64,000 nucleotides of DNA from Chiloscyllium plagiosum. Its lineage: Eukaryota. The notes under the pieces were generated by a model. That model was not told the DNA's origin, made no database searches, and saw only the letters and a program-made list of their open reading frames with translations. The stretch spans positions 1,392,269 to 1,456,268 of the forward strand of contig NC_057754.1 in NCBI RefSeq assembly GCF_004010195.1. Reading direction: 5' to 3'. A program made the translations under genes and the position numbers. Below, in pieces: positions 36,292-47,805 of this stretch (position 1 is the stretch's first letter; every line of letters starts with the position of its first letter).

Positions 36292-36428
36292 ATGGTTCTT
36301 GACGGGGGGAGTGATGCTGTGACAGCGCTGGAGTTGGATGTACACCGATCCCTGGATCAATCCCCAACTCCCAACAGCCAGGAGATCACCAAGGATCCAG
36401 TCAAATATGGAGAATTCATCGTGTTAGG
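36292..36428 (+). CDS. PELI3: Pellino E3 ubiquitin ligase 3, first coding exon
   Basis: tag|G ATG GTT CTT GAC GGG...; MVLDGGSDAVTALELDVHRSLDQSPTPNSQEITKDPVKYGEFIVLG|gtaag. The P.KYGE.IVLG motif is pellino; the MVL(D/E)G N-terminus and BBS1 linkage favour PELI3. Confidence 0.9.
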
Positions 36429-37664
36429 GTAAGCTGCCCACGCACAGGGAGATCCCACTGTCTGGACCACCCCCATCTGCGCCCCCACCAACCCAAACCT
36501 GTACAACCCCTCCTCCAGACTCCCCCCTCCCATTTCCTGGCGGGTGGAGGGGAATACAGGCCGTGAGGGGCCTCCTGTCCTGGCTAAGGGGCTGAATGGC
36601 CATGTTCAGTTCCAATGGATGGCATTCAGCTCCCTTTCCCCCACACCCCCTCCAGCCTGTCCCACCAGAACAGCAGGAGGCCATTCAGCCCCTCTCCTCT
36701 AAGCTATTCATGGTCCGGTTTGCCCCTCCTAACTGTGTGTCCATGCCCTGCCCCTGAGGAACTGCAGAATGGCAGATTGGAAGTTGCTGAGGGTGAGGGC
36801 TCCTGTAGACGAGCAGCTGGGTGGAAGTGGCATTTCCTGCAACCTCCTTCCCACCCAGCTCTCATCATCATGTTCCCCCTCCTGTCACTATCCAGCTAAA
36901 GTGGGCCTCACCACCTCCCCCCACCCCCGAGGGGGACAGCCCACCCTGTCCTGAAGGTGCTGTGGGGGGCTGAAGTGGGTTGGGGGGTGGGGGAAGGGGG
37001 GGGTTTAACTCAAGATATATTGCATCACAACAACATTGACACCAAATTACTTTTGGGGATGTAACCACCCCCCTACTCCCCGCTTTATCTCCCTCTGTGC
37101 TGCCCCCCTCTCCTACCCCTTGCTCTCTCGTGTTTATCCCACCCCCTCACTCCCCTCTTTATCTCCCAGTGTTCCCAGTAGTGGGCGGCACGGTGGCACA
37201 GTGGTTAGCACTGCTGCCTCACAGTGCCAGAGACCCGGGTTCAATTCCCGCCTCAGGCGACTGACTGTGTGGAGTTTGCACGTTCTCCCCGTGTCTGCGT
37301 GGGTTTCCTCCGGGTGCTCCGGTTTCCTCCCACAGTCCAAAGATGTGNNNNNNNNNNNNNNNNNNNNNNNNNNNNNNNNNNNNNNNNNNNNNNNNNNNNN
37401 NNNNNNNNNNNNNNNNNNNNNNNNNNNNNNNNNNNNNNNNNNNNNNNNNNNNNNNNNNNNNNNNNNNNNNNNNNNNNNNNNNNNNNNNNNNNNNNNNNNN
37501 NNNNNNNNNNNNNNNNNNNNNNNNNNNNNNNNGGGGGTGGGGGGGGGGGGGGGGGGGGGGGTGTTACTGGTGATTTCAATCGCGGCTTTTCTCCCTCTCT
37601 CTCAGGTGAGTAACCAAGCTTTGTGTGTGTCTCTGTTTTCCCACCCCCCCCGCCCGATATGCAG

Positions 37665-37794
37665 TTATAACGGCTCACTGGCCAGTGGAGACCGAGGCAG
37701 GCGGAGGAGCAGGCTGGCTCTGTACAAGAGGCCGAGTGGAAATGGAGTCCGACCAGACGTTGTCCACATCACATCTACCCCACTCACCTCCAAG
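37665..37794 (+). CDS. PELI3: PELI3 second coding exon (130 bp)
   Basis: cag|T TAT AAC GGC TCA CTG...TCC AAG|gtaggt; YNGSLASGDRGRRRSRLALYKRPSGNGVRPDVVHITSTPLTSK; phase 2-0. Confidence 0.95.
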
Positions 37795-38386
37795 GTAGGT
37801 AACGCCAGGTCCCCAGCCCAGCAGAGGAGCTCTGTCACCCCAGCGCTACGGACACGGTTACAGCTCTCGGTGCGGGACGGGCAGCCTGTCCTGACCAGAG
37901 GATGACCGGGAGAGAGAATGCCCCCCCCCACCTTTGGGGTGGGGAACACCATCAGGATGAGGGACCTCCCATTCAAGTCTGAGGTCAGGTGAAGCCCCCC
38001 ACCCCACTGAATACCCAGGTGGGCACCAAGGAGGATTGATCCCTCTAACAACAGGACAGTGTCTATCTGGGCTGGACAGGACAGGACAGGACTGTGATCA
38101 CCACCATCACATGAGCCAGGACTTTATTCCATGACAGGGGGAAGCAGACTGGAAGGGCTGAATGGCCTACGCATGGCTCCTCGTTTATAATCGATATTCA
38201 CCCAGACCAGAGCTTGCCCCCCAGCCCCTGTCAGCAGTCTCCACAGTATCCCGAACACGCACAGAGGAGGATGCTGATGGTTTAATGTTTATCTGAAATG
38301 TAACCCCCTCGGCCGGTGCCCGCTCCCTGGGCGCTGACCCTCGGCCGGTGATTAACCCCCACCCTAATCCCGCGGTCTCTCTACAG

Positions 38387-38488
38387 GCACTGAGTAACAT
38401 GGAGCAGCACAGCGTGTCTTACACACTGTCTCGGAGTCAGTCAGTCATCGTGGAGTACAGTCCCGACAGTAACACCGACATGTTCCAG
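38387..38488 (+). CDS. PELI3: PELI3 third coding exon (102 bp)
   Basis: cag|GCA CTG AGT AAC...TTC CAG|gtaacg; ALSNMEQHSVSYTLSRSQSVIVEYSPDSNTDMFQ (pellino FHA-domain region). Confidence 0.96.
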
Positions 38489-39203
38489 GTAACGGGGTGT
38501 GGCGAGCAGGGTGGGATGGCGTCCACGTTTCACCGGTAACTCAGCGAGGCAGGCAGATTCTCTGGGCGATGGGATCAAATCCCAGCCAATCTCCCACATT
38601 GGCAGCTTCAGTGAGGCTGTGTCACGGGACGTGGTTATCACTGGAAGGTTGGGTATTTACTGTCCATCCTTAATAGCCCAGAGCTCCTCTAGTCTGTTCC
38701 ATCAATGGGATCATGGCTGATCTATGGTCTAGCTCCATACAGCTCCCTTGTTACCTGTGTAAAATTAACCACCAATCTGGCATCTGTTGCTGTTTGTGGA
38801 AGAGGTCCAAACCCTTCTGACCCCGTGTGTGTGTGTGTAGAAATGCTTCCTAACATATCTCTCCTGAACAACGTCTGGCTCATTCCCAGACAATGCTCCC
38901 TAGTTCTGGGAATCCCCAACCAGTGGAAAGTGTGGATCTTATTGACTTTTCCTGCGAATTGTGTAAACTTCGATCAGATTGCCCTCTAACCTCCTACATT
39001 CCAGAGAAAACCAGCCTCGTTTGCATGATCCCTCCTCACAACTTCACTCCTGAGATCCATGTAATATTCTTGGCCAGTCTACTTTGTTCTCTCTCTTTCA
39101 CAGATCGATCTATCATTCAGAAGGTGTGGTGCCCAGATGGAACTGGTTCAGAAAAGATTTACAAGGATGTTGCCAGGGTTGGAGGATCTGAGCTACAGGG
39201 AGA

Positions 39204-39703
39204 NNNNNNNNNNNNNNNNNNNNNNNNNNNNNNNNNNNNNNNNNNNNNNNNNNNNNNNNNNNNNNNNNNNNNNNNNNNNNNNNNNNNNNNNNNNNNNNNN
39301 NNNNNNNNNNNNNNNNNNNNNNNNNNNNNNNNNNNNNNNNNNNNNNNNNNNNNNNNNNNNNNNNNNNNNNNNNNNNNNNNNNNNNNNNNNNNNNNNNNNN
39401 NNNNNNNNNNNNNNNNNNNNNNNNNNNNNNNNNNNNNNNNNNNNNNNNNNNNNNNNNNNNNNNNNNNNNNNNNNNNNNNNNNNNNNNNNNNNNNNNNNNN
39501 NNNNNNNNNNNNNNNNNNNNNNNNNNNNNNNNNNNNNNNNNNNNNNNNNNNNNNNNNNNNNNNNNNNNNNNNNNNNNNNNNNNNNNNNNNNNNNNNNNNN
39601 NNNNNNNNNNNNNNNNNNNNNNNNNNNNNNNNNNNNNNNNNNNNNNNNNNNNNNNNNNNNNNNNNNNNNNNNNNNNNNNNNNNNNNNNNNNNNNNNNNNN
39701 NNN
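39204..39703. other. Assembly gap of exactly 500 N (probable fixed-size scaffold join)
   Basis: Counted length 500; PELI3 and FERMT3 both break off towards it. Confidence 0.85.
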
Positions 39704-41038
39704 GCCTGGAAGGGGCTGCGGTTCGCCATGCCAGCCACAGCCACCAGGTGGCAATGCTGAGTCAAGTCCGTGGGCTCAGCTCGACACTGCCCCCCTCAGG
39801 GCAGCCAAGACACTGCCCCAAGTGAGACAAAGCAGAATGGAGTCTGGCAAATGCAGAAGGTTCTGCTAGGATGAGTTCCATGGAAGGGGGGGGCAGACCC
39901 ATTGCCATACAAACGTCACTATCGCTCTCTGTCCAAAACCAAATGCACGCTTACCGAGCAGCAGGCTGATAAAGCACAGGAGTCCATTCAGCCCATGTAT
40001 CCTGTGCTGGCTCTTTGTAAAGACCTCTCCAATTTGTTCCCCCTCTCTCTGTGTCTCTCCCTCCCTCTCTCCCCCGCACAGTTCTGTACAAATTTCCAGC
40101 AATCCCACCCCCACTGTCCTTTTGAAAGTTTCAATTGAACCTGCTCCCCCCCCAACCCCCAGAACTCACCAACTCGAAATTCCTCCAATCGAAATTCCCC
40201 TTCCCCCCCACCAACTCCAACACTTGGAATCTGCTCCCAATTCTCTTCCATCCTCTGCTGACCGACGCTCCTGCCACCGGGAACGGTCTTCCCTCGTCGA
40301 CTCGATCCGAAAGCCCCCTCCCCGATTCCATCTCCTCACCCCTCTCCCCCCGCCCCTGTCCCGCGCAGCANNNNNNNNNNNNNNNNNNNNNNNNNNNNNN
40401 NNNNNNNNNNNNNNNNNNNNNNNNNNNNNNNNNNNNNNNNNNNNNNNNNNNNNNNNNNNNNNNNNNNNNNNNNNNNNNNNNNNNNNNNNNNNNNNNNNNN
40501 NNNNNNNNNNNNNNNNNNNNNNNNNNNNNNNNNNNNNNNNNNNNNNNNNNNNNNNNNNNNNNNNNNNNNNNNNNNNNNNNNNNNNNNNNNNNNNNNNNNN
40601 NNNNNNNNNNNNNNNNNNNNNNNNNNNNNNNNNNNNNNNNNNNNNNNNNNNNNNNNNNNNNNNNNNNNNNNNNNNNNNNNNNNNNNNNNNNNNNNNNNNN
40701 NNNNNNNNNNNNNNNNNNNNNNNNNNNNNNNNNNNNNNNNNNNNNNNNNNNNNNNNNNNNNNNNNNNNNNNNNNNNNNNNNNNNNNNNNNNNNNNNNNNN
40801 NNNNNNNNNNNNNNNNNNNNNNNNNNNNNNNNNNNNNNNNNNNNNNNNNNNNNNNNNNNNNNNNNNNNNNNNNNNNNNNNNNNNNNNNNNNNNNNNNNNN
40901 NNNNNNNNNNNNNNNNNNNNNNNNNNNNNNNNNNNNNNNNNNNNNNNNNNNNNNNNNNNNNNNNNNNNNNNNNNNNNNNNNNNNNNNNNNNNNNNNNNNN
41001 NNNNNNNNNNNNNNNNNNNNNNNNNNNNNNNNNNNNNN

Positions 41039-41705
41039 GGGCTGTTTTCCCTGGAGCGTCGGAGGCTGAGGGGTGACCTTATAGAGGTTTATAAAATAAT
41101 GAGGGGCATGGATAGGATAAATAGACAAGGTGTTTTTCCCTGGGGTAGGGGATTCCAAAACATTTTAACCGCCATCCGGATGGGTTTATGAATAGGAAGG
41201 GTTTAGAGGGATGTATAACAAATGCTGGCAAATAGGATGAGTTAAATTTAAGATATCCGATCGGCATGGGTGAGTTGGGACTGAAGGATTTGTTCCTGTG
41301 CAGTACATCTCTATGACTCTAGAGGGAATAGGTTGAAGGTGAGAGGGGAATAACTTAAAAGGGACCTAAGGGGCAATGTCTTCACACAGAGGGTGGTGCG
41401 TGTATGGAATGAGCTGCCAGAGGATGTGGTGGAGGCTGGTACAATTACAACATTTAAAAGGCATCTGGATGGGTATATGAGTAGGAAGGGTTTGGAGGGA
41501 TATGGGCCAAGTGCTGGCAGACAGGGTTAGATTAGGTTCGGATATCTGATCGGCACGGGTGAGTTGGACTGAGGGTCTGTTTCCGTGCTGTATGATTCCA
41601 TAACGCCCATTCTTTGGGAAAGAGGATTATAGGATTGAGATGATTTGGGATATCTGGACGAGTTGGGACTGAAGGGTCTGTTTCTGTGCCGTACATCTCT
41701 ACAAC
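41039..41705 (+). mobile_element. CR1/HER1 LINE 3' fragments with duplicated tails
   Basis: CTGAGGGGTGACCTTATAGAGGTTTATAAAAT...GGAATGAGCTGCCAGAGG. The same family occurs at about 970-1175, 2720-2914, 3190-3740, 8650-9055, 19980-20280, 27690-28580, 42590-43560, 49830-52150, 54690-55320, 56280-57700 and 59046-59300. Confidence 0.88.
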
Positions 41706-41844
41706 TCTCTCTCCATACTGTATGCATCTGTTCACCCACTCGCTCGGACTCTCCAAATTCCCTCGGCGTCCCTCACAGCTCGCTTTCCTGACTAGGTCCC
41801 AGCGGCAAACTGGGAAATGCTCGATTTAACCAACAGGTTTGAAA

Positions 41845-41877
<33 letters not shown>

Positions 41878-41926
41878 GTCGCTCTCGCTCAGGTGTCAAG
41901 ACCAGACATTTGTTTAGGGTCATTAC

Positions 41927-42067
41927 TTTGTGTTCCTCGAGACGGGGTGAGACTTTCTAAATCCACCACCTCCTCCTCGGGTTCGTTATCCCTCTCCCTT
42001 TTCTTCCTCCTCTGGCTGGGATCATCTAGAGGTTTCAGCAGTGATAGCTCCTCCGGGTGACGGATAT
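41927..42067 (-). CDS. FERMT3: Kindlin-3, third coding exon equivalent (about 141 bp)
   Basis: cag|AT ATC CGT CAC CCG GAG GAG CTA TCA CTG CTG; IRHPEELSLLKPLDDPSQRRKKRERDNEPEEEVVDL (kindlin F1 polybasic loop). Probable donor A|gtaatg keeps phase 1; the 3' boundary is less certain. Confidence 0.88.
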
Positions 42068-42169
42068 CTGAAGGGGAAAGGAATAGGCCAAGAGTGAGCG
42101 ATTGGCTGGGTTCATTCACGTGTATCTCTCAGAGACAGCTCACTACCCTGCACAGACCCAGAACCATTC

Positions 42170-42255
42170 TAGTGAAGGCCCCCGAAACTTTCACTCTGCC
42201 TCCTCTCTCCACAGATGCTGCCAGACCTGCTGGGTTTCTCCTGCTGTTTCTGATC
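42170..42255 (+). mobile_element. Penelope-like fragment (third family); reverse-orientation relative at about 43727-43822
   Basis: CTAGTGAAGG..CCGAAACTTTCACTCTG...CTCTCCACAGATGCTGCCAGACCTGCTG; shares the GATGCTGCC.GACCTGCTG block with the first family. Confidence 0.55.
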
Positions 42256-43950
42256 CTGGTAAATCTCTCCACAGCGCTGTCACATTCGCTGCTAGGGTAT
42301 GGATTCCAGAATTGCACACAGTATTCGAACTGCGACCAAACCAACCGGCTTGTCTGTGGGGAGTTTGCACATTCTGCCCCGTGTCTGCGTGGGTTTCCTC
42401 CGGGTGCTCCGGTTTCCTCCCACAGTCCAAAAGATGTGCAGGGTCAGGTGAATTGGCCGTGCTAAATTGTCCGTAGTGTTAGGTAAGGGGTAAATGTAGG
42501 GGTATGGGTGGGTTGCGCTTCGGTGGGTCGGTGTGGACTTGTTGGGCCGAAGGGCCTGTTTCCACACTGTAGAGAATCTAATCTGAAAAAAAAAACTGTT
42601 ATTTTATTGGTGCACAGAGGGACCTTGGGGTCTGAGTCCATAGCTCCCTGGCACCGAAAACACAAGTGGATAGGATGGTAAAGGCAGCTTATGCTATGCC
42701 TACTTTATCAGTCAGGGCACCGAGTATAAACGTTGGCTAAGTCAAGGTCTTTTCCCCAGGGGTGGGGGAGTCCAAAACTAGAGGGTATAGGTTTAAGGTG
42801 AAAGGGGAGAGATTTAAAAGAGACCTTTTTCACACAGAGGGTGGTACGTGTATGGAATGAGCTGCCAGGGGAAGTGGTGGAGGCTGGTACAATGACAACA
42901 TTTAAAAGGCATCTGGATGGGTATATGAATAGGAAGGGTTTGGAGGGATATGGGCCGGGTGCTGGCAAATGGGACTAGATTAGGTTGGGGTATCTGGTCG
43001 GCACGGACGAGTTGGACCGAAGGGTCTGTTTCCGTGCTCTACAGCTCGATGACTCAATCTATAAGACTTTAGGCGGGCCACATTTGGAATATTTTGTCCG
43101 GTTCTAGTCACCACGCTATAGGAAGCTTCAGAGAGGGTGTGAAAAAAAAAAAGGGTTTATCAGGATGGTATTGGAGGGGATTAGCTGTCAGGAAAGGTTA
43201 GACCAAGCATGGATTGTTTTCACTAGAGCACTGGAGGCTGAGGGCGACTGGAGAGAAATAGGTAAGATGATCAGATAGGGTGGAGTGCTGGAGTTTGCCC
43301 ATGGTGGGGGTGTCAAATACTAGCGGGCTTGGGTGTAAAGGCGAGAGGGGGAAAGTTTAAAGGAGAGGGGTGAGGCACAGAGGGTGGTAGGTATCTGGAA
43401 TGTGCTGCCAGTGGTGGTGTTGGAAGCAGGGGACATTAGCAGCGTTTAGAGAGAGACACACAGACGGGCAGGAAATAGAGGGATTCAGACCAAATGCAGG
43501 CAGGATGGGACAGGCTTAGAATGGTGGGCCGAAGGGCCTGATCCTGACTTGTACTGTTCTGTGTTGGACGTTTTCTAATGGGGAGATGCCGGTGTCGAAC
43601 TGGGGCGGACAGAGTCAGAAGTCACACAACTCCAGGACATGGTCCAAAAGGTTTATTCAAAACCATCCCCGTGTCAGGGGAAATGACTTTGGTACACTCC
43701 CAGAATCACCCCTCCGTCCCCAAAACAAAACCAGAAATTGCTGGAGAAACTCAGCAGGTCTGGCAGCATCTGTGGAAAGAGAAAGCAGAGTTAACATTGT
43801 GGATCCAGTGACTCACCATCAGCTTAGTGCTGGGAATCTGGGATCGCATCTTCACTGGCAATTGGTGGGATTTTATCTCGAATTAAAATCTCCACCTGTC
43901 CAGCTAATTTCTTTGAAAGGATGTGGCTGACTGTTCAGCGCCCTCGGGGG

Positions 43951-44280
43951 AGTTAAGGGGTTGGGTAATAAATGCTCGCTCAGCCTAGGACACCGACATT
44001 CCACAGCCGAAGGGAAGGATGTGCCCGGCAGCTACATAAGGACACCGTACTTGGCAAACAGGTCTAACCAGTTCACACCCACTGCTGGAGGGAAAGGGAA
44101 ATTATCACCAGGACAGTTAAGGGGTTGGGTAATAAATGCTCGCTCAGCCTAGGACACCGACATTCCACAGCCGAAGGGAAGGATGTGCCCGGCAGCTACA
44201 TAAGGACACCGTACTTGGCAAACAGGTCTAACCAGTTCACACCCACTGCTGGAGGGAAAGGGAAATTATCACCAGGACAG
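43951..44280. repeat. Perfect 164-bp direct tandem duplication
   Basis: AGTTAAGGGGTTGGGTAATAAATGCTCG...ATCACCAGGAC appears twice; ORFs at 43961 and 44125 give identical peptides. Confidence 0.95.
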
Positions 44281-44333
44281 ATGGAGGAAGGGCCACACTC
44301 TTGGAGGGTCAGCGCCGAGGGAGTGCAGCACGA

Positions 44334-47300
44334 GCGGGCTCTGTCGGAGGGTCAGCGCTGAGGGAGCGGGCTCTGTCGGAGGGTCAGCGCTGAGGGAGCG
44401 GGCTCTGTCGGAGGGTCAGCGCTGAGGGAGCGGGCTCTGTCGGAGGGTCAGCGCTGAGGGAGCGGGCTCTGTCGGAGGGTCAGCGCTGAGGGAGCGGGCT
44501 CTGTCGGAGGGTCAGCGCTGAGGGAGCGGGCTCTGTCGGAGGGTCAGCGCTGAGGGAGCGGGCTCTGTCGGAGGGTCAGCGCTGAGGGAGCGGGCTCTGT
44601 CGGAGGGTCAGCGCTGAGGGAGCGGGCTCTGTCGGAGGGTCAGCGCTGAGGGAGCGGGCTCTGTCGGAGGGTCAGCGCTGAGGGAGCGGGCTCTGTCGGA
44701 GGGTCAGCGCTGAGGGAGCGGGCTCTGTCGGAGGGTCAGCGCTGAGGGAGCGGGCTCTGTCGGAGGGTCAGCGCTGAGGGAGCGGGCTCTGTCGGAGGGT
44801 CAGCGCTGAGGGAGCGGGCTCTGTCGGAGGGTCAGCGCTGAGGGAGCGGGCTCTGTCGGAGGGTCAGCGCTGAGGGAGCGGGCTCTGTCGGAGGGTCAGC
44901 GCTGAGGGAGCGGGCTCTGTCGGAGGGTCAGCGCTGAGGGAGCGGGCTCTGTCGGAGGGTCAGCGCTGAGGGAGCGGGCTCTGTCGGAGGGTCAGCGCTG
45001 AGGGAGCGGGCTCTGTCGGAGGGTCAGCGCTGAGGGAGCGGGCTCTGTCGGAGGGTCAGCGCTGAGGGAGCGGGCTCTGTCGGAGGGTCAGCGCTGAGGG
45101 AGCGGGCTCTGTCGGAGGGTCAGCGCTGAGGGAGCGGGCTCTGTCGGAGGGTCAGCGCTGAGGGAGCGGGCTCTGTCGGAGGGTCAGCGCTGAGGGAGCG
45201 GGCTCTGTCGGAGGGTCAGCGCTGAGGGAGCGGGCTCTGTCGGAGGGTCAGCGCTGAGGGAGCGGGCTCTGTCGGAGGGTCAGCGCTGAGGGAGCGGGCT
45301 CTGTCGGAGGGTCAGCGCTGAGGGAGCGGGCTCTGTCGGAGGGTCAGCGCTGAGGGAGCGGGCTCTGTCGGAGGGTCAGCGCTGAGGGAGCGGGCTCTGT
45401 CGGAGGGTCAGCGCTGAGGGAGCGGGCTCTGTCGGAGGGTCAGCGCTGAGGGAGCGGGCTCTGTCGGAGGGTCAGCGCTGAGGGAGCGGGCTCTGTCGGA
45501 GGGTCAGCGCTGAGGGAGCGGGCTCTGTCGGAGGGTCAGCGCTGAGGGAGCGGGCTCTGTCGGAGGGTCAGCGCTGAGGGAGCGGGCTCTGTCGGAGGGT
45601 CAGCGCTGAGGGAGCGGGCTCTGTCGGAGGGTCAGCGCTGAGGGAGCGGGCTCTGTCGGAGGGTCAGCGCTGAGGGAGCGGGCTCTGTCGGAGGGTCAGC
45701 GCTGAGGGAGCGGGCTCTGTCGGAGGGTCAGCGCTGAGGGAGCGGGCTCTGTCGGAGGGTCAGCGCTGAGGGAGCGGGCTCTGTCGGAGGGTCAGCGCTG
45801 AGGGAGCGGGCTCTGTCGGAGGGTCAGCGCTGAGGGAGCGGGCTCTGTCGGAGGGTCAGCGCTGAGGGAGCGGGCTCTGTCGGAGGGTCAGCGCTGAGGG
45901 AGCGGGCTCTGTCGGAGGGTCAGCGCTGAGGGAGCGGGCTCTGTCGGAGGGTCAGCGCTGAGGGAGCGGGCTCTGTCGGAGGGTCAGCGCTGAGGGAGCG
46001 GGCTCTGTCGGAGGGTCAGCGCTGAGGGAGCGGGCTCTGTCGGAGGGTCAGCGCTGAGGGAGCGGGCTCTGTCGGAGGGTCAGCGCTGAGGGAGCGGGCT
46101 CTGTCGGAGGGTCAGCGCTGAGGGAGCGGGCTCTGTCGGAGGGTCAGCGCTGAGGGAGCGGGCTCTGTCGGAGGGTCAGCGCTGAGGGAGCGGGCTCTGT
46201 CGGAGGGTCAGCGCTGAGGGAGCGGGCTCTGTCGGAGGGTCAGCGCTGAGGGAGCGGGCTCTGTCGGAGGGTCAGCGCTGAGGGAGCGGGCTCTGTCGGA
46301 GGGTCAGCGCTGAGGGAGCGGGCTCTGTCGGAGGGTCAGCGCTGAGGGAGCGGGCTCTGTCGGAGGGTCAGCGCTGAGGGAGCGGGCTCTGTCGGAGGGT
46401 CAGCGCTGAGGGAGCGGGCTCTGTCGGAGGGTCAGCGCTGAGGGAGCGGGCTCTGTCGGAGGGTCAGCGCTGAGGGAGCGGGCTCTGTCGGAGGGTCAGC
46501 GCTGAGGGAGCGGGCTCTGTCGGAGGGTCAGCGCTGAGGGAGCGGGCTCTGTCGGAGGGTCAGCGCTGAGGGAGCGGGCTCTGTCGGAGGGTCAGCGCTG
46601 AGGGAGCGGGCTCTGTCGGAGGGTCAGCGCTGAGGGAGCGGGCTCTGTCGGAGGGTCAGCGCTGAGGGAGCGGGCTCTGTCGGAGGGTCAGCGCTGAGGG
46701 AGCGGGCTCTGTCGGAGGGTCAGCGCTGAGGGAGCGGGCTCTGTCGGAGGGTCAGCGCTGAGGGAGCGGGCTCTGTCGGAGGGTCAGCGCTGAGGGAGCG
46801 GGCTCTGTCGGAGGGTCAGCGCTGAGGGAGCGGGCTCTGTCGGAGGGTCAGCGCTGAGGGAGCGGGCTCTGTCGGAGGGTCAGCGCTGAGGGAGCGGGCT
46901 CTGTCGGAGGGTCAGCGCTGAGGGAGCGGGCTCTGTCGGAGGGTCAGCGCTGAGGGAGCGGGCTCTGTCGGAGGGTCAGCGCTGAGGGAGCGGGCTCTGT
47001 CGGAGGGTCAGCGCTGAGGGAGCGGGCTCTGTCGGAGGGTCAGCGCTGAGGGAGCGGGCTCTGTCGGAGGGTCAGCGCTGAGGGAGCGGGCTCTGTCGGA
47101 GGGTCAGCGCTGAGGGAGCGGGCTCTGTCGGAGGGTCAGCGCTGAGGGAGCGGGCTCTGTCGGAGGGTCAGCGCTGAGGGAGCGGGCTCTGTCGGAGGGT
47201 CAGCGCTGAGGGAGCGGGCTCTGTCGGAGGGTCAGCGCTGAGGGAGCGGGCTCTGTCGGAGGGTCAGCGCTGAGGGAGCGGGCTCTGTCGGAGGGTCAGC

Positions 47301-47805
47301 GCTGAGGGAGCGGGCTCTGTCGGAGGGTCAGCGCTGAGGGAGCGGGCTCTGTCGGAGGGTCAGCGCTGAGGGAGCGGGCTCTGTCGGAGGGTCAGCGCTG
47401 AGGGAGCGGGCTCTGTCGGAGGGTCAGCGCTGAGGGAGCGGGCTCTGTCGGAGGGTCAGCGCTGAGGGAGCGGGCTCTGTCGGAGGGTCAGCGCTGAGGG
47501 AGCGGGCGCTGTCGGAGGGTCAGCGCTGAGGGAGCGGGCTCTGTCGGAGGGTCAGCGCTGAGGGAGCGGGCTCTGTCGGAGGGTCAGCGCTGAGGGAGCG
47601 GGCTCTGTCGGAGGGTCAGCGCTGAGGGAGCGGGCTCTGTCGGAGGGTCAGCGCTGAGGGAGCGGGCTCTGTCGGAGGGTCAGCGCTGAGGGAGCGGGCA
47701 CTGTCGGAGGGTCAGCGCTGAGGGAGCGGGCACTGTCGGAGGGTCAGCGCTGAGGGAGCGGGCACTGTCGGAGGGTCAGCGCTGAGGGAGCGGGCACTGT
47801 CGGAG
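44334..47805. repeat. 32-bp minisatellite, about 108 near-identical copies
   Basis: Unit AGGGAGCGGGCTCTGTCGGAGGGTCAGCGCTG; variants seen only near 47508 and in the last few units. Confidence 0.99.

Noticed and set aside
37183..37260. tRNA genes suggested by A/B boxes (TGGCACAGTGG...GGTTCAATTCC)
   Set aside because: These are tRNA-derived heads of HE1 SINEs that continue into the V-domain and LINE-derived tail.
44334..47805. CRISPR-like array (32-bp period)
   Set aside because: Units are contiguous with no unique spacers, there are no cas genes, and the context is a vertebrate intron.
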